Assembly: GCA_963727445.1 (NCBI GenBank)
Contig: CAVSGI010000015.1
Coordinates: 64,001 to 128,000 of the forward strand
Length of the DNA stretch: 64,000 bases
Reading direction: 5' to 3'
Origin: an uncultured delta proteobacterium
GTDB lineage: Bacteria > Myxococcota_A > Polyangia > Polyangiales > B10-G4
Every line of letters begins with the position of its first letter. Within the stretch, counting starts at the first letter, position 1. Below the pieces are notes generated by a model. That model did no database searches and was not told the DNA's origin. It saw only the letters and a program-made list of their open reading frames with translations. The position numbers and the translations under genes are program-made. Below, piece by piece: positions 1 through 8,432 of this stretch.

Positions 1-684
1 GTAGCGCATGAGATTGTCGAGGGACGCGGCGTGGCGGAAGAGCGCGTTGTCCCCTTCGACGTAAGCCGAGACGCCGAGGAAGCCGAAGATGCACGCGTCG
101 ATGGACGAGGGCGCGTCGCCGAGGAAGTAGGGCTTGTCGCCGAGGAGCTCCGAGAGCGCATCGAGATCGGCCTTGCCCTGATCGATGATGACCTGCATGT
201 CGTGGCGCCCGATTCCGCGAGCGTGGAGCTGCTTGGTGAAGTGGCGGACCACGACGGTGGGCAGGATCCATCGGATGGGCACCGGCATCTGAGCTGCGAA
301 CTCGGCGAGCCGCGCTTCCAATCCTTCGCCCAGGAAGAGCTGATGCTCGAAGCACTGGTGGTAGTGCTCCTCGAGCATCCGCTGCACGGAGAGGGCGAGG
401 GCGCGCTGGCCCACGTCGAGATGCGCGTCGAGGTCGGCGCCGAAGCGCTCCCGGAGGTGCGCGATGATCAGGGTCGAGTCGCCCATGCGGAGATCGCCGA
501 GCTCGATCCAGGGCGACTTGCCCTTCGGGCCCTTGCTCGCGTCGTTGGCGACCACGAACTCGTACGGGATCTCGGCCATCCGAAGCCAGGTCGCGAGCTT
601 CAGAGGGAAGGGGGCCGAGGTCTCGAAAGGCACCCCCCAGCCAGTTGAGTAGGCGAAGAGGCGGAGTTTTTCTTCGTGGGCCAT
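1..684 (-). CDS. Glutathione S-transferase family protein, metaxin-like (3' end runs off the window)
   Basis: Manual translation from ATG at 684, preceded by AAGGAG: MAHEEKLRLFAYSTGWGVPFETSAPFPLKLATWLRMAEIPYE...KGPKGKSPWIE...MGDSTLII...LDALSELLGDKPYFLGDAPSSIDACIFGFL. These match GST N- and C-terminal motifs. Absent from the ORF track because it has no stop in the window. Confidence 0.85.
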   Translation of the reverse strand, partial: MAHEEKLRLFAYSTGWGVPFETSAPFPLKLATWLRMAEIPYEFVVANDASKGPKGKSPWIELGDLRMGDSTLIIAHLRERFGADLDAHLDVGQRALALSVQRMLEEHYHQCFEHQLFLGEGLEARLAEFAAQMPVPIRWILPTVVVRHFTKQLHARGIGRHDMQVIIDQGKADLDALSELLGDKPYFLGDAPSSIDACIFGFLGVSAYVEGDNALFRHAASLDNLMRY

Positions 685-730
685 CGTCTGAGTCTCCTTC
701 AATCGCGAGTGGATGACCCACCCTACCACG

Positions 731-792
731 GTTTTTGACCCGTGGTAGAAAAAAATGACCTATGGTTGATTTTAATGACCCGTGGTAGAAAA
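731..792. promoter_or_regulatory. Three putative TetR operators spaced 20 bp apart
   Basis: TGACCCGTGGTAGA (736), TGACCTATGGTTGA (756) and TGACCCGTGGTAGA (776), each an imperfect ACCnnnGGT palindrome in the AT-rich gap between divergent GST and TetR genes. Confidence 0.7.
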
Positions 793-797
793 CACAT

Positions 798-1436
798 ATG
801 GATCGGGCCCGAAAACGGCGCCGGCGTGAGCTGGCGAGAGAAGAGATCCTCGACGCCGCGCGCAAGGTGCTCCTCGAGAAGAGCCTCACCGGCCTGACGC
901 TCTCCGCGGTGGCGCGGGAGCTGAAGCTCACCAAGGCCGCTCTCTATTACTACTTCGATTCGAAGGACAAGCTCGTCTACGAGCTCATCTACCTGGGGCT
1001 CGAAGGGCACGCTCATCGCGTCGGCGATGCGATCGACGCGACCACGTCGGGAGCCGACGCACTCGAAACGCTGATCCGCGTCTCCGCGGAGCACTACGGC
1101 CAAAACCTCGACCAGCTCCGGCTCGCGTACCTCGTCCCCCAGGTGGGCACGGCCGCCGCGAGTCGCTTCAATCCCGAGATGCTCACGCGGATCCGGCCCT
1201 TCAACGACCGAATGTACGGCGCGGTCGGCGCGCGGATCGCCGCGGATCAAGAGGCGGGGCGAATCGATGCGAGCATCGACGGAAGACGGCTCGCGTTTCT
1301 GGCGCACACCTCGGTGATCGGCATGCTCACCGTCGAAGGGGTGGTGGAGGTCGCCGATGACGCGCCGCTGATCCACACGCGGGAGGCGATGGTGGAGGAG
1401 CTGGTCGTGACCTTCCAGGCACGTCTGGGTGGCTGA
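798..1436 (+). CDS. TetR/AcrR family transcriptional regulator
   Basis: N-terminal HTH REEILDAARKVLLEKSLTGLTLSAVARELKLTKAALYYYFDSKDKL. Confidence 0.95.
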   Translation: MDRARKRRRRELAREEILDAARKVLLEKSLTGLTLSAVARELKLTKAALYYYFDSKDKLVYELIYLGLEGHAHRVGDAIDATTSGADALETLIRVSAEHYGQNLDQLRLAYLVPQVGTAAASRFNPEMLTRIRPFNDRMYGAVGARIAADQEAGRIDASIDGRRLAFLAHTSVIGMLTVEGVVEVADDAPLIHTREAMVEELVVTFQARLGG

Positions 1437-1466
1437 AGGGTACGACGCGCGTCGCTGAACTAGTGC

Positions 1467-2291
1467 CTAGCGCCTGCGCTTCCGCCGGCGGCCGCCGAGG
1501 GCGACGAACGCGGTCAGGACGAGCACGCCGGGCGCCGCGGAAGAGCGCGCGCGACTCGCGGCGTCGCAGGAGGTCGCGCTCGTCAGCGCGCCGTGGCTGA
1601 TGCCGGTGGGGATGGGGTCGGTGCCCGGCGTCGGCATGCCCGCGGGATACACCGTGCAGACCGCGGCGATGTCGTCGGCTTCGAGCGTGCGCTTCGACGT
1701 CTCGCCCTCGGGGCTGTCGGCGTACATGGTGGCGTCGGGGTCGGCGACGTGGGCGAAGCCGAGGAAGTGTCCGAGCTCGTGTGTGAGCGTGTTCTCGACG
1801 TCGTTGATCGTCACGCCGTCCAGGCCAGTGGTCCAGAAGAAGGACTCGTCGTTGAGATCGATGTCCGCGTCCTGGATCTGGCCGTTGCGACGGTCGTAGA
1901 CGACGGTGGTCAGCGCCAACGCCGCAGAGGAAGCGCTCGCGGGCCACACCTGTCGAAAGACGATGCGGTTCTCGCCGTCGTGATCACCGCCGTCGAGGTT
2001 GGTGGTGATCCCGCTGGGCGGGCCCACGTCCCTGAGGACGACGTCGGTGCACCCGCCGGCCATCATCCAGCTGTTGAAGGAGTTGTCGGCCGCCATGCGA
2101 ATGCCGTCCGGCGAGCCCTCGTTGGCGGTGTCCACACCGAGACGGAGGTCGTGCACCCGCGTCTGCCAGTAGAGCGGGAGGTCCGGATTACCGTCGACCG
2201 TCTGGCGGTTGAACGCAGAAACGGGGGCGGCGACGCTCACGGAGAGCGCCGCCGCCAGGGAGAGCAATCGATAGCTGGTGGGAGCGGTCAT
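1467..2291 (-). CDS. Matrixin-family (metzincin) zinc metalloprotease with MYXO-CTERM-like tail
   Basis: Signal peptide, HELGHFLGFAH zinc motif and Met-turn ATMYA. C-terminus has Cys, a hydrophobic helix and RRRKRRR. Start placed at ATG 2291, overlapping the upstream stop (ATGA). Confidence 0.9.
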   Translation of the reverse strand: MTAPTSYRLLSLAAALSVSVAAPVSAFNRQTVDGNPDLPLYWQTRVHDLRLGVDTANEGSPDGIRMAADNSFNSWMMAGGCTDVVLRDVGPPSGITTNLDGGDHDGENRIVFRQVWPASASSAALALTTVVYDRRNGQIQDADIDLNDESFFWTTGLDGVTINDVENTLTHELGHFLGFAHVADPDATMYADSPEGETSKRTLEADDIAAVCTVYPAGMPTPGTDPIPTGISHGALTSATSCDAASRARSSAAPGVLVLTAFVALGGRRRKRRR

Positions 2292-3754
2292 CGACGGTGG
2301 ACGCGGAAGCCCACTCGATCCGCGGCCGACATCCCGAGGAAGTCTTCTGGGGAGACCAATCCACCCTCGGTTCCGCCGGACACGATGTCGAGAAGGTCCT
2401 CGCCGATATCGTAACAACCATCGCCATCGCGATCGAAGACAACGTCGAAGGTCGCCAGCTCCGAGGTCTCATCCGTCGCGGGAGGATCGGTGCCGACGGG
2501 GGGCTCACCCACGTCCGTCCCCTCGGGGAGCTCGACGGGACCGAAGCAGGTGGGGCTGGTGTTGGTGCAGCCGCGCTCGGTGCGGATCTCGAGGGAGCGG
2601 GTGCTCAGGTGCTCGAAGGGCACGCCGCCGCAGGAGGCGTCGACCTGGGAGGGGTCGTTCCAGAAGGTCTCGAAGTTGCGGTGCTCGACGATGTGCTTGG
2701 TGGCGCTGAAGTGATACTCGTGCATCACCGGCGGGTTCACGTACAAGAAGACCGGCTGGTCCTCCATGTAGTCGTTGTTCCAGGTGCCGTCGTCGCGGTG
2801 GTGGCTGTCGTAGGCGAGGTTCACGAGGACGTGGCGGCTGGTGCGCTCGAGGAGCCACGACTGGCTGTACTGGACGGTGAAGCCGACGCGGCCGAGGCCG
2901 TCGGCGCCGTCCTTGGTGGAGCCGGTGACGTCGCGGTCGAAGCGGCCGTCGCGGTTGACGTCGACCAGGATGTCGTAGATGCCGACGTTCGCCAGCTCGG
3001 GGGTGAAGACCGGCGTCGGCGCGATCCGACCGTCGGCGTCGACGGTGACCTCGATGGGACCGGCGACGTAGCCGTCGTCGCCGGGAGCCGGGAACGAGCG
3101 TCCCACCCAGTCGTCGCGATCCACCGCGACGTAGACGTCCACCACGTCACCCGCGACGAGCTGAGGGAAGCCGTCCCCAGCGATGTGGACCGGCCCGCGG
3201 ACCTCGTCGCCCCCGGAGCCGCCGACGGCGTATGCGTTCTGCGGCGCCCCCGAGGCGTCCGAGGCGAAGATGTGCGGCGGCTGAACCTCCTGCACGTTGA
3301 AGCCGGGGATCTGGAGCGCGGGCGGCGCGAACATCTCGACGCGCGTCGCCGCCGCGAGGTCGCCGGTGTCGCGGTCGAGGATCTGGATCTCGAGGGTCTC
3401 CCCCGGGCCGATCGCGCCCTCCTCGCCGACGTCGTGCATCACCGTCGAGAGCGGCACGCCGCCGTAGAGGTTGGTGAGCACCTCGGTCGCGCTGACGACC
3501 TCCGTGCCGACCACCGCCTGCGCGAGATAGACCGAACGCGGCGCGAGATCGCCGACCTCCGACTCGATCGCGAGCGACTCACCCTGGTTGAAGGTGAGCT
3601 CCACACGACCCGAGCTGCTGATCAGCGCGAGCTCGGTGCTCGTCGCCGACGTACGCGCGAAAGGATCGTCGTCGGCCCCGCCGCCGATGTTCGCAGCGCA
3701 GCCTCCGAGGGCCAGTACGAGGGAGAGAATCAGTGGGGTGGGGATTCGATACAT
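2288..3754 (-). CDS. Hypothetical lipoprotein with two DxDxDG-type Ca-binding-like motifs
   Basis: Lipobox LGGC. Motifs YDILVDVNRDGRFD and FDVVFDRDGDGCYD. Confidence 0.8.
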   Translation of the reverse strand: MYRIPTPLILSLVLALGGCAANIGGGADDDPFARTSATSTELALISSSGRVELTFNQGESLAIESEVGDLAPRSVYLAQAVVGTEVVSATEVLTNLYGGVPLSTVMHDVGEEGAIGPGETLEIQILDRDTGDLAAATRVEMFAPPALQIPGFNVQEVQPPHIFASDASGAPQNAYAVGGSGGDEVRGPVHIAGDGFPQLVAGDVVDVYVAVDRDDWVGRSFPAPGDDGYVAGPIEVTVDADGRIAPTPVFTPELANVGIYDILVDVNRDGRFDRDVTGSTKDGADGLGRVGFTVQYSQSWLLERTSRHVLVNLAYDSHHRDDGTWNNDYMEDQPVFLYVNPPVMHEYHFSATKHIVEHRNFETFWNDPSQVDASCGGVPFEHLSTRSLEIRTERGCTNTSPTCFGPVELPEGTDVGEPPVGTDPPATDETSELATFDVVFDRDGDGCYDIGEDLLDIVSGGTEGGLVSPEDFLGMSAADRVGFRVHRR

Positions 3755-3786
3755 GAGGGGTGGCTCCTTGCTCCGCCACCCCGTAG

Positions 3787-3802
3787 TTCAACTGCCGTGC
3801 CA
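3787..3802 (-). promoter_or_regulatory. Putative sigma-54 promoter
   Basis: TGGCACGGCAGTTGAA has a perfect -24 element with GA rather than GC at -12, about 33 bp upstream of ATG 3754. Confidence 0.55.
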
Positions 3803-3939
3803 CGCCGCGCCGCAGCCTTTTCCCGAGATCCGCGACCGATCCGCTGGGGGTAGTTGTCCGCGAAGAACGAGCAGCGTTCCCGCTACTGGTGAGGATGAGC
3901 CCCACCCGGGCGGTGGGCGGCTGAACGTACGCGTTGGGT

Positions 3940-4710
3940 TCAGCGAGGCGGGTGCACGCCGAATGAGACCACGCCGGGGATCAGGGGCGTCACGATCGTC
4001 TCGTACCCCATGGGTGGGGAGCCGGGGGCGAAGGTGACGGGGTCGATCAGAGCGCCGGTGCCGCCTAGAACGAAGACGCCGAAGATGCTGGTGCCGGGTG
4101 CGTCGACGGGCTTGAAGGGCGCTTCGGTGGGGGCATAGCGAGGGACGGCGTCCACGTAGCGCAGTGTCCCCACCGAGGGCGCGAGAGCGACGTCGACGCC
4201 CGCGACGGCGTCGTTGTCGGCGTTGACGACCTGGCCGAGGTAGCCCCCATCGCGATCGAGGCGGATGCCCGTCTCGGCCTCGAAGGCGGCGATGATGGAC
4301 TCCGAATCCCGCGGCAAGATGGTGACCTGTAAGGCGTAGACGTCAGTGATCTGATCGCGCGTGACGAGCATCGCGTTCAACGTGCTGGCGAAGCTCGAGC
4401 TGGCCGGTCCTTCGGGGATGGCGAGGAGGTCGCTGCGGATGCCGGAGGGCACGCCTGCGAGCGTGAAGGAGCCATCCTCACCCGAGGGCTCGGAGCGAAG
4501 CACCATCGGCGCGCCGCCCCACGCCACCACCACACCCGCCACACCCACGCAGCCTTCGAAGCAGCTCTCGTAATCGACGACGCGGCCGCTGACGGTGATG
4601 GTGGGGAGTGTGCTCCCCGCCCCGTCCGGCCCTCCGGAATCGCGTCCCGAGCCTCCCCCGGTGGGGGTGCAGGCGACCGCGACCAGCAACGGGAGCCAAG
4701 CCGATCTCAC
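3940..4710 (-). CDS. Lipoprotein with carboxypeptidase-regulatory-like beta-sandwich domain
   Basis: Lipobox AVAC. ITVSGRVVD...DGSFTLAGVP pattern. Confidence 0.75.
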   Translation of the reverse strand: MRSAWLPLLVAVACTPTGGGSGRDSGGPDGAGSTLPTITVSGRVVDYESCFEGCVGVAGVVVAWGGAPMVLRSEPSGEDGSFTLAGVPSGIRSDLLAIPEGPASSSFASTLNAMLVTRDQITDVYALQVTILPRDSESIIAAFEAETGIRLDRDGGYLGQVVNADNDAVAGVDVALAPSVGTLRYVDAVPRYAPTEAPFKPVDAPGTSIFGVFVLGGTGALIDPVTFAPGSPPMGYETIVTPLIPGVVSFGVHPPR

Positions 4711-4890
4711 CCCTCATTCCTACCACCAAATGCCTCGCGGGCCGCCCCGCCCGAGGGCGTCGCGGCCTCTCGGGCGCGTCCTCGGAGGCGGAGCACATCT
4801 GCCGCTCCGACCACTCGAAGGGGGAACCGAGAACGTTCCAAGCTCCCTGATCCGCCGATCCGCATGAGCGAGATCACACGCTTAATCCTA

Positions 4891-4906
4891 CGGCACCAAC
4901 GTTGCA
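4891..4906 (+). promoter_or_regulatory. Putative sigma-54 promoter
   Basis: CGGCACCAACGTTGCA (GG-N10-GC), upstream of GGAGG and ATG 4935. Confidence 0.65.
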
Positions 4907-4934
4907 CACATGGGAGCCCGGAGGTCATCCCGTC

Positions 4935-6245
4935 ATGCGTTTCGCCATCTCCCTCGTCCCTCTCGTGCTCGCCTTTGGTTGCCAGGGCACCTTCGGGAAT
5001 CAGGACCACGGTCACCACGACGACGGTGACATCGCCACGACGCCCGTCCCGGCGTGTCCCGTGGATCCGGACTGTGCCATCGGGGGCGATTGCTCGCTCT
5101 ACGAGTGCCCGGACTACTGGCTTTGCGAAGACCTCGCGGATGGCACGAAGCGGTGCACCAATCCCGGCCCCGACGTCCCCGACGACGGCGATTGGGCCTG
5201 CGAGCAGGTGGGCACCGCCGTGCAGTGCACCGGCGACCACTACCCCGATGACGGCGGGGGTGGAGACTGGAACTGCGAGCGCCTGAACGACGTCGAGGTC
5301 GTCTGCACCGACGACACCCCGGGCTATCCCGACGAGCCGGGCTCCGGTCCGTGGGACTGCTTCTTCTCGGGTGAGTTCCGCGTCTGCGAGGACAGCGGTG
5401 GCGGCGGCGGCTCCGGCGACGGGGGCGGCTGGTTCTGTTATGACACGCCCGCTGGCCGCGAGTGCCGACAGCGCAACCCCGACTACCCCGACGACGGCCG
5501 CGCATGGGACTGCCATGACGCCGACGACGGCACCGTGATCTGCTCCGCGCCCGGCGACGTGCCCGACGATGGCGGCGGCGGCAGCTGGACCTGCGAAGAC
5601 CAGGGCGACCTCGTCGTCTGCGTCGACGACACCCCCGACTATCCCGACGAGCCGGGCAGCGGCAGCTGGGACTGCTACTACGCCGACGAGTTCCGCATCT
5701 GCGGTGACAGCGGCGGCGGCGGTGGCTCCGGCGGTGGCGGCGGCGGCACCGGCGGTGGCGGCGGCGGCGGCTCCGGCGGCGGTGGCGGCGGCTCCGGCGG
5801 TGAGTGCGTCAGCGGCCAGCAGCGATGGTGCGACGACGCCGTGTACTGCTCCTGGGGTAAGCAGACCTGCCTGCCCGACGGAACCTGGGGCCCCTGCATC
5901 GAGCCCACCGTGACGGACGGCGGCATCTCCGACCGACCCGCCACCGAATGCGGCTGCCGCTACTTCTACTTCAACGCGGCCTGCTGCGAGACGCCGGACT
6001 GCATCATCCCGGACGGCCACACGGCGCCGGCCTGTGACAGCGACGGCAGCCTCTGCAGCTACTGCGACTCGGCTTCTCACTGCGGTGGCGCAGACGACGT
6101 CTGTCTCTTCGCCCGCGACGGCTACGCCTTCTGTGCACAGGACTGCTCCGACAGCCCGTGCCCGACCGGCTACAGCTGCCAGTCGATCACCACGCGCGCC
6201 GGTACGCTCCAGCAGTGTGTCCCGACCAGCGGCACCTGCGGCTGA
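4935..6245 (+). CDS. Cys/Asp/Gly-rich repeat lipoprotein
   Basis: Lipobox AFGC, eight WxC..C units, poly-Gly linker and Cys-rich C-terminus. Start placed at ATG 4935 after GGAGG. Confidence 0.85.
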   Translation: MRFAISLVPLVLAFGCQGTFGNQDHGHHDDGDIATTPVPACPVDPDCAIGGDCSLYECPDYWLCEDLADGTKRCTNPGPDVPDDGDWACEQVGTAVQCTGDHYPDDGGGGDWNCERLNDVEVVCTDDTPGYPDEPGSGPWDCFFSGEFRVCEDSGGGGGSGDGGGWFCYDTPAGRECRQRNPDYPDDGRAWDCHDADDGTVICSAPGDVPDDGGGGSWTCEDQGDLVVCVDDTPDYPDEPGSGSWDCYYADEFRICGDSGGGGGSGGGGGGTGGGGGGGSGGGGGGSGGECVSGQQRWCDDAVYCSWGKQTCLPDGTWGPCIEPTVTDGGISDRPATECGCRYFYFNAACCETPDCIIPDGHTAPACDSDGSLCSYCDSASHCGGADDVCLFARDGYAFCAQDCSDSPCPTGYSCQSITTRAGTLQQCVPTSGTCG

Positions 6246-6301
6246 GCAAAAACACCAAATCCTCCCCCTGTGAACGACACACGAAGCCCGAGGAGTATCC
6301 A

Positions 6302-7279
6302 ATGAAGTGCCTCAGTTCGACGATGACCCTCCTGACCGCGCTGGCGATGCTCGTGCCAGCCACCGCCAGCGCGTTCTACGTCGAGTCACGCAGCGAGGAC
6401 ATGGCGGGCGACCCGGTGCCGGTCGCGTACGACACCAGCACGCCCGTCGAGTTTCGCATCGCTTCTGCGGGCATGCCCGGCGGCGACGGCTCCGAGTTCG
6501 AGGCGGTCGCCGCGGCCTTCGCCACCTGGGCGGCGGTCGATTGCGTCACCATCGATTTCACGGAGGGGCCGCGCAACGACGCGCCGGCGCCGCGACACTG
6601 GACGGCCTGGGAGGGGATCGATGATCCCGCGTTCGAGCGCTACATCAGCGTGTACTGGAGCGACGACGCCGGTCAGTTCCCGACCGCGACGGTCGGCTTC
6701 TTCGACCGCGCCACTGACGGGACGACCAGCCAGCTCATCGGCGGAACCATCATCTTGAATTCGCGGCATCACAGCTGGTCGACGACGGGAGAAGCCGGTC
6801 TCCTCGACGTCCAGTCGGTCGTGACGGCGCTTCTCGGCCGCTCGCTCGGTATCACCAGCGCGATGGAGGGCAACGCCACCTATCCGAGCTACTCGCCGGG
6901 AGACACCAGCAAGCGCACCCTCGGCGACGACGACATCGCCGCCATCAGCTACATCTACGGTGACGACACCTGCACCGTGATGGAGGTGCCCGAGGGCATC
7001 TGCACCGGCGCGCCCCTCGAGGACTGCCCGCCCACACCGGACGTGGACGCGGGCACCGGCACCCGTGATGGGGGCACCAGCGACGGTGGAAGCGGGACGC
7101 CCGACGGCGGCACGGGGACTCCCGACGGCAGCACCGGCGGCGACGCGGGCGCTGATGGCGGCGGCGGCGACGATGGCGGCGGCTGCAGCGTCGGCGATCT
7201 GCGTTCAGAGAACACGCCGGGATGGATCGCGCTCCTGCTCCTCGTCGGGCTCGGCATCACCGGTCGCCGGCGGCGCTGA
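6302..7279 (+). CDS. Matrixin-like protein lacking zinc ligands, with MYXO-CTERM-like tail
   Basis: Aligns by eye with 1467..2291 (SKRTLxxDDIAA) but has ALLGRSLGITS in place of HELGHFLGFAH. Ends DDGGGCSV...WIALLLLVGLGITGRRRR. GAGGAG precedes ATG 6302. Confidence 0.85.
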   Translation: MKCLSSTMTLLTALAMLVPATASAFYVESRSEDMAGDPVPVAYDTSTPVEFRIASAGMPGGDGSEFEAVAAAFATWAAVDCVTIDFTEGPRNDAPAPRHWTAWEGIDDPAFERYISVYWSDDAGQFPTATVGFFDRATDGTTSQLIGGTIILNSRHHSWSTTGEAGLLDVQSVVTALLGRSLGITSAMEGNATYPSYSPGDTSKRTLGDDDIAAISYIYGDDTCTVMEVPEGICTGAPLEDCPPTPDVDAGTGTRDGGTSDGGSGTPDGGTGTPDGSTGGDAGADGGGGDDGGGCSVGDLRSENTPGWIALLLLVGLGITGRRRR

Positions 7280-7301
7280 CGGATCTCGATCAGGTAGAGC
7301 T

Positions 7302-8087
7302 TCACGTTCCGTGCGCGGCCGGCCCGTTCGAGGGCCGCCGCCAACCACTCGGATCGCGGATCACGATGACCAGCGCGAGGACGGTGAACGCGACGGTGTG
7401 GGCGATCATCGGCGTGGTGTCGCCGGGGAGCGGGAGCTGGGAGTTGGCGAGATGCGCGCCGACGTGCAGGAGAAACGCCGAGAGCAGGCTTGTGCGGGTC
7501 TTCTGGAAGATCCAGGTGAAGACGTAGCTGCCCGCGATGAGGAAGAGCGCGGTCCAGGCGATGTCCCCCGCCGTGAGCCCCTGGAGGATCAGCATCTCGA
7601 GATGCCATAGAGCCCAGAGCACGCCGAGGATCGCGCTCGCGCGATGCGCGCCGTAACGGTCGATGAGCCGCGGCAGGGCGAAGCCGCGCCAGCCGACCTC
7701 CTCGACGAAGGGCACGACGAAGGCGGCGGCGATGCGCTGGCCCTCGGGCAGCAGCACGTAGGGACCGTTCTGGATCCCGAGCGCCGCGACCACGCCCATG
7801 GACGCCGCGAGGAGCGCCGCGGGCAGGACGAGTGCGAGCACGTGCCACAGAGGCGAAAAGCCGCGGATGGCGAAACGCGCGAAGAGCGCCTTGTTGCCGC
7901 CGCCGCCCGGCAGACTGGCGGCGACGAGCGCTGCGATCAGCGGACCGAAGCCGCCGAGCGCGGCGAGGGGGACGTACTGCTCGACCGGGCCGGCGAGGAC
8001 GCCCCATTTCGCGAGAAGCGCGGGTGCCTGGAGCGCCCAGGTGAACCCCAGCGCGATCGCGAAGTAGACGCGTAGGCCTCGATCCAT
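7302..8087 (-). CDS. CPBP (type II CAAX/Abi) family intramembrane protease
   Basis: Multi-TM protein with EEVGWRG, WALWH and HVGAH motifs. Confidence 0.9.
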   Translation of the reverse strand: MDRGLRVYFAIALGFTWALQAPALLAKWGVLAGPVEQYVPLAALGGFGPLIAALVAASLPGGGGNKALFARFAIRGFSPLWHVLALVLPAALLAASMGVVAALGIQNGPYVLLPEGQRIAAAFVVPFVEEVGWRGFALPRLIDRYGAHRASAILGVLWALWHLEMLILQGLTAGDIAWTALFLIAGSYVFTWIFQKTRTSLLSAFLLHVGAHLANSQLPLPGDTTPMIAHTVAFTVLALVIVIRDPSGWRRPSNGPAAHGT

Positions 8088-8128
8088 GCCCCCCTTCGAC
8101 ATCCGCGCGCCGGATGAGTTCCCGCGCC

Positions 8129-8407
8129 TCAGTCGTAGCCGGGGCAGCTCGCGGAACAGGTGCCGTAGGCGACCTCACCCTCTTCCGGGTAGCAGCAGAC
8201 GAGCCCGCCGCGGCAGGTGTAGCGCTCGGCGCCCCCATAATCGCAGTCCTGGCCTGCCTCTGCGGTGCCACCGGTTTCCTCCTCCTGCGTGGGGGCGACC
8301 GGCGCCGTGCTCTGGGTGGTGGTCTGACTTCCTCCTTCGGAGGATGCGGAGCCCCCGCCGCAGGCCACGAGACCGAGGACGGAAGCAAGAGCGATCACGA
8401 ATCTCAT
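8129..8407 (-). CDS. Small Cys-rich lipoprotein (92 aa)
   Basis: MRFVIALASVLGLVACGG lipobox and a six-Cys C-terminal domain. This is the C-terminal part of ORF 8129..9082. Confidence 0.75.
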   Translation of the reverse strand: MRFVIALASVLGLVACGGGSASSEGGSQTTTQSTAPVAPTQEEETGGTAEAGQDCDYGGAERYTCRGGLVCCYPEEGEVAYGTCSASCPGYD

Positions 8408-8432
8408 GGCTGCGAGTGTATCCTCCCTGACG

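Noticed and set aside
4735..4815. GC hairpins between divergent genes as a riboswitch
   Set aside because: No recognisable aptamer consensus, and such stems arise easily at this GC content.
5710..5800. (GGC)n-like microsatellite or contingency locus
   Set aside because: It is an in-frame Gly/Ser linker with mixed codons, so length changes would not switch phase.
4707..6302. Long antisense and alternate-frame ORFs (also 14568..17474, 17408..19240, 29451..31337 and the 5' part of 50970..54344)
   Set aside because: They are shadow ORFs opposite well-supported genes, expected at this GC content.
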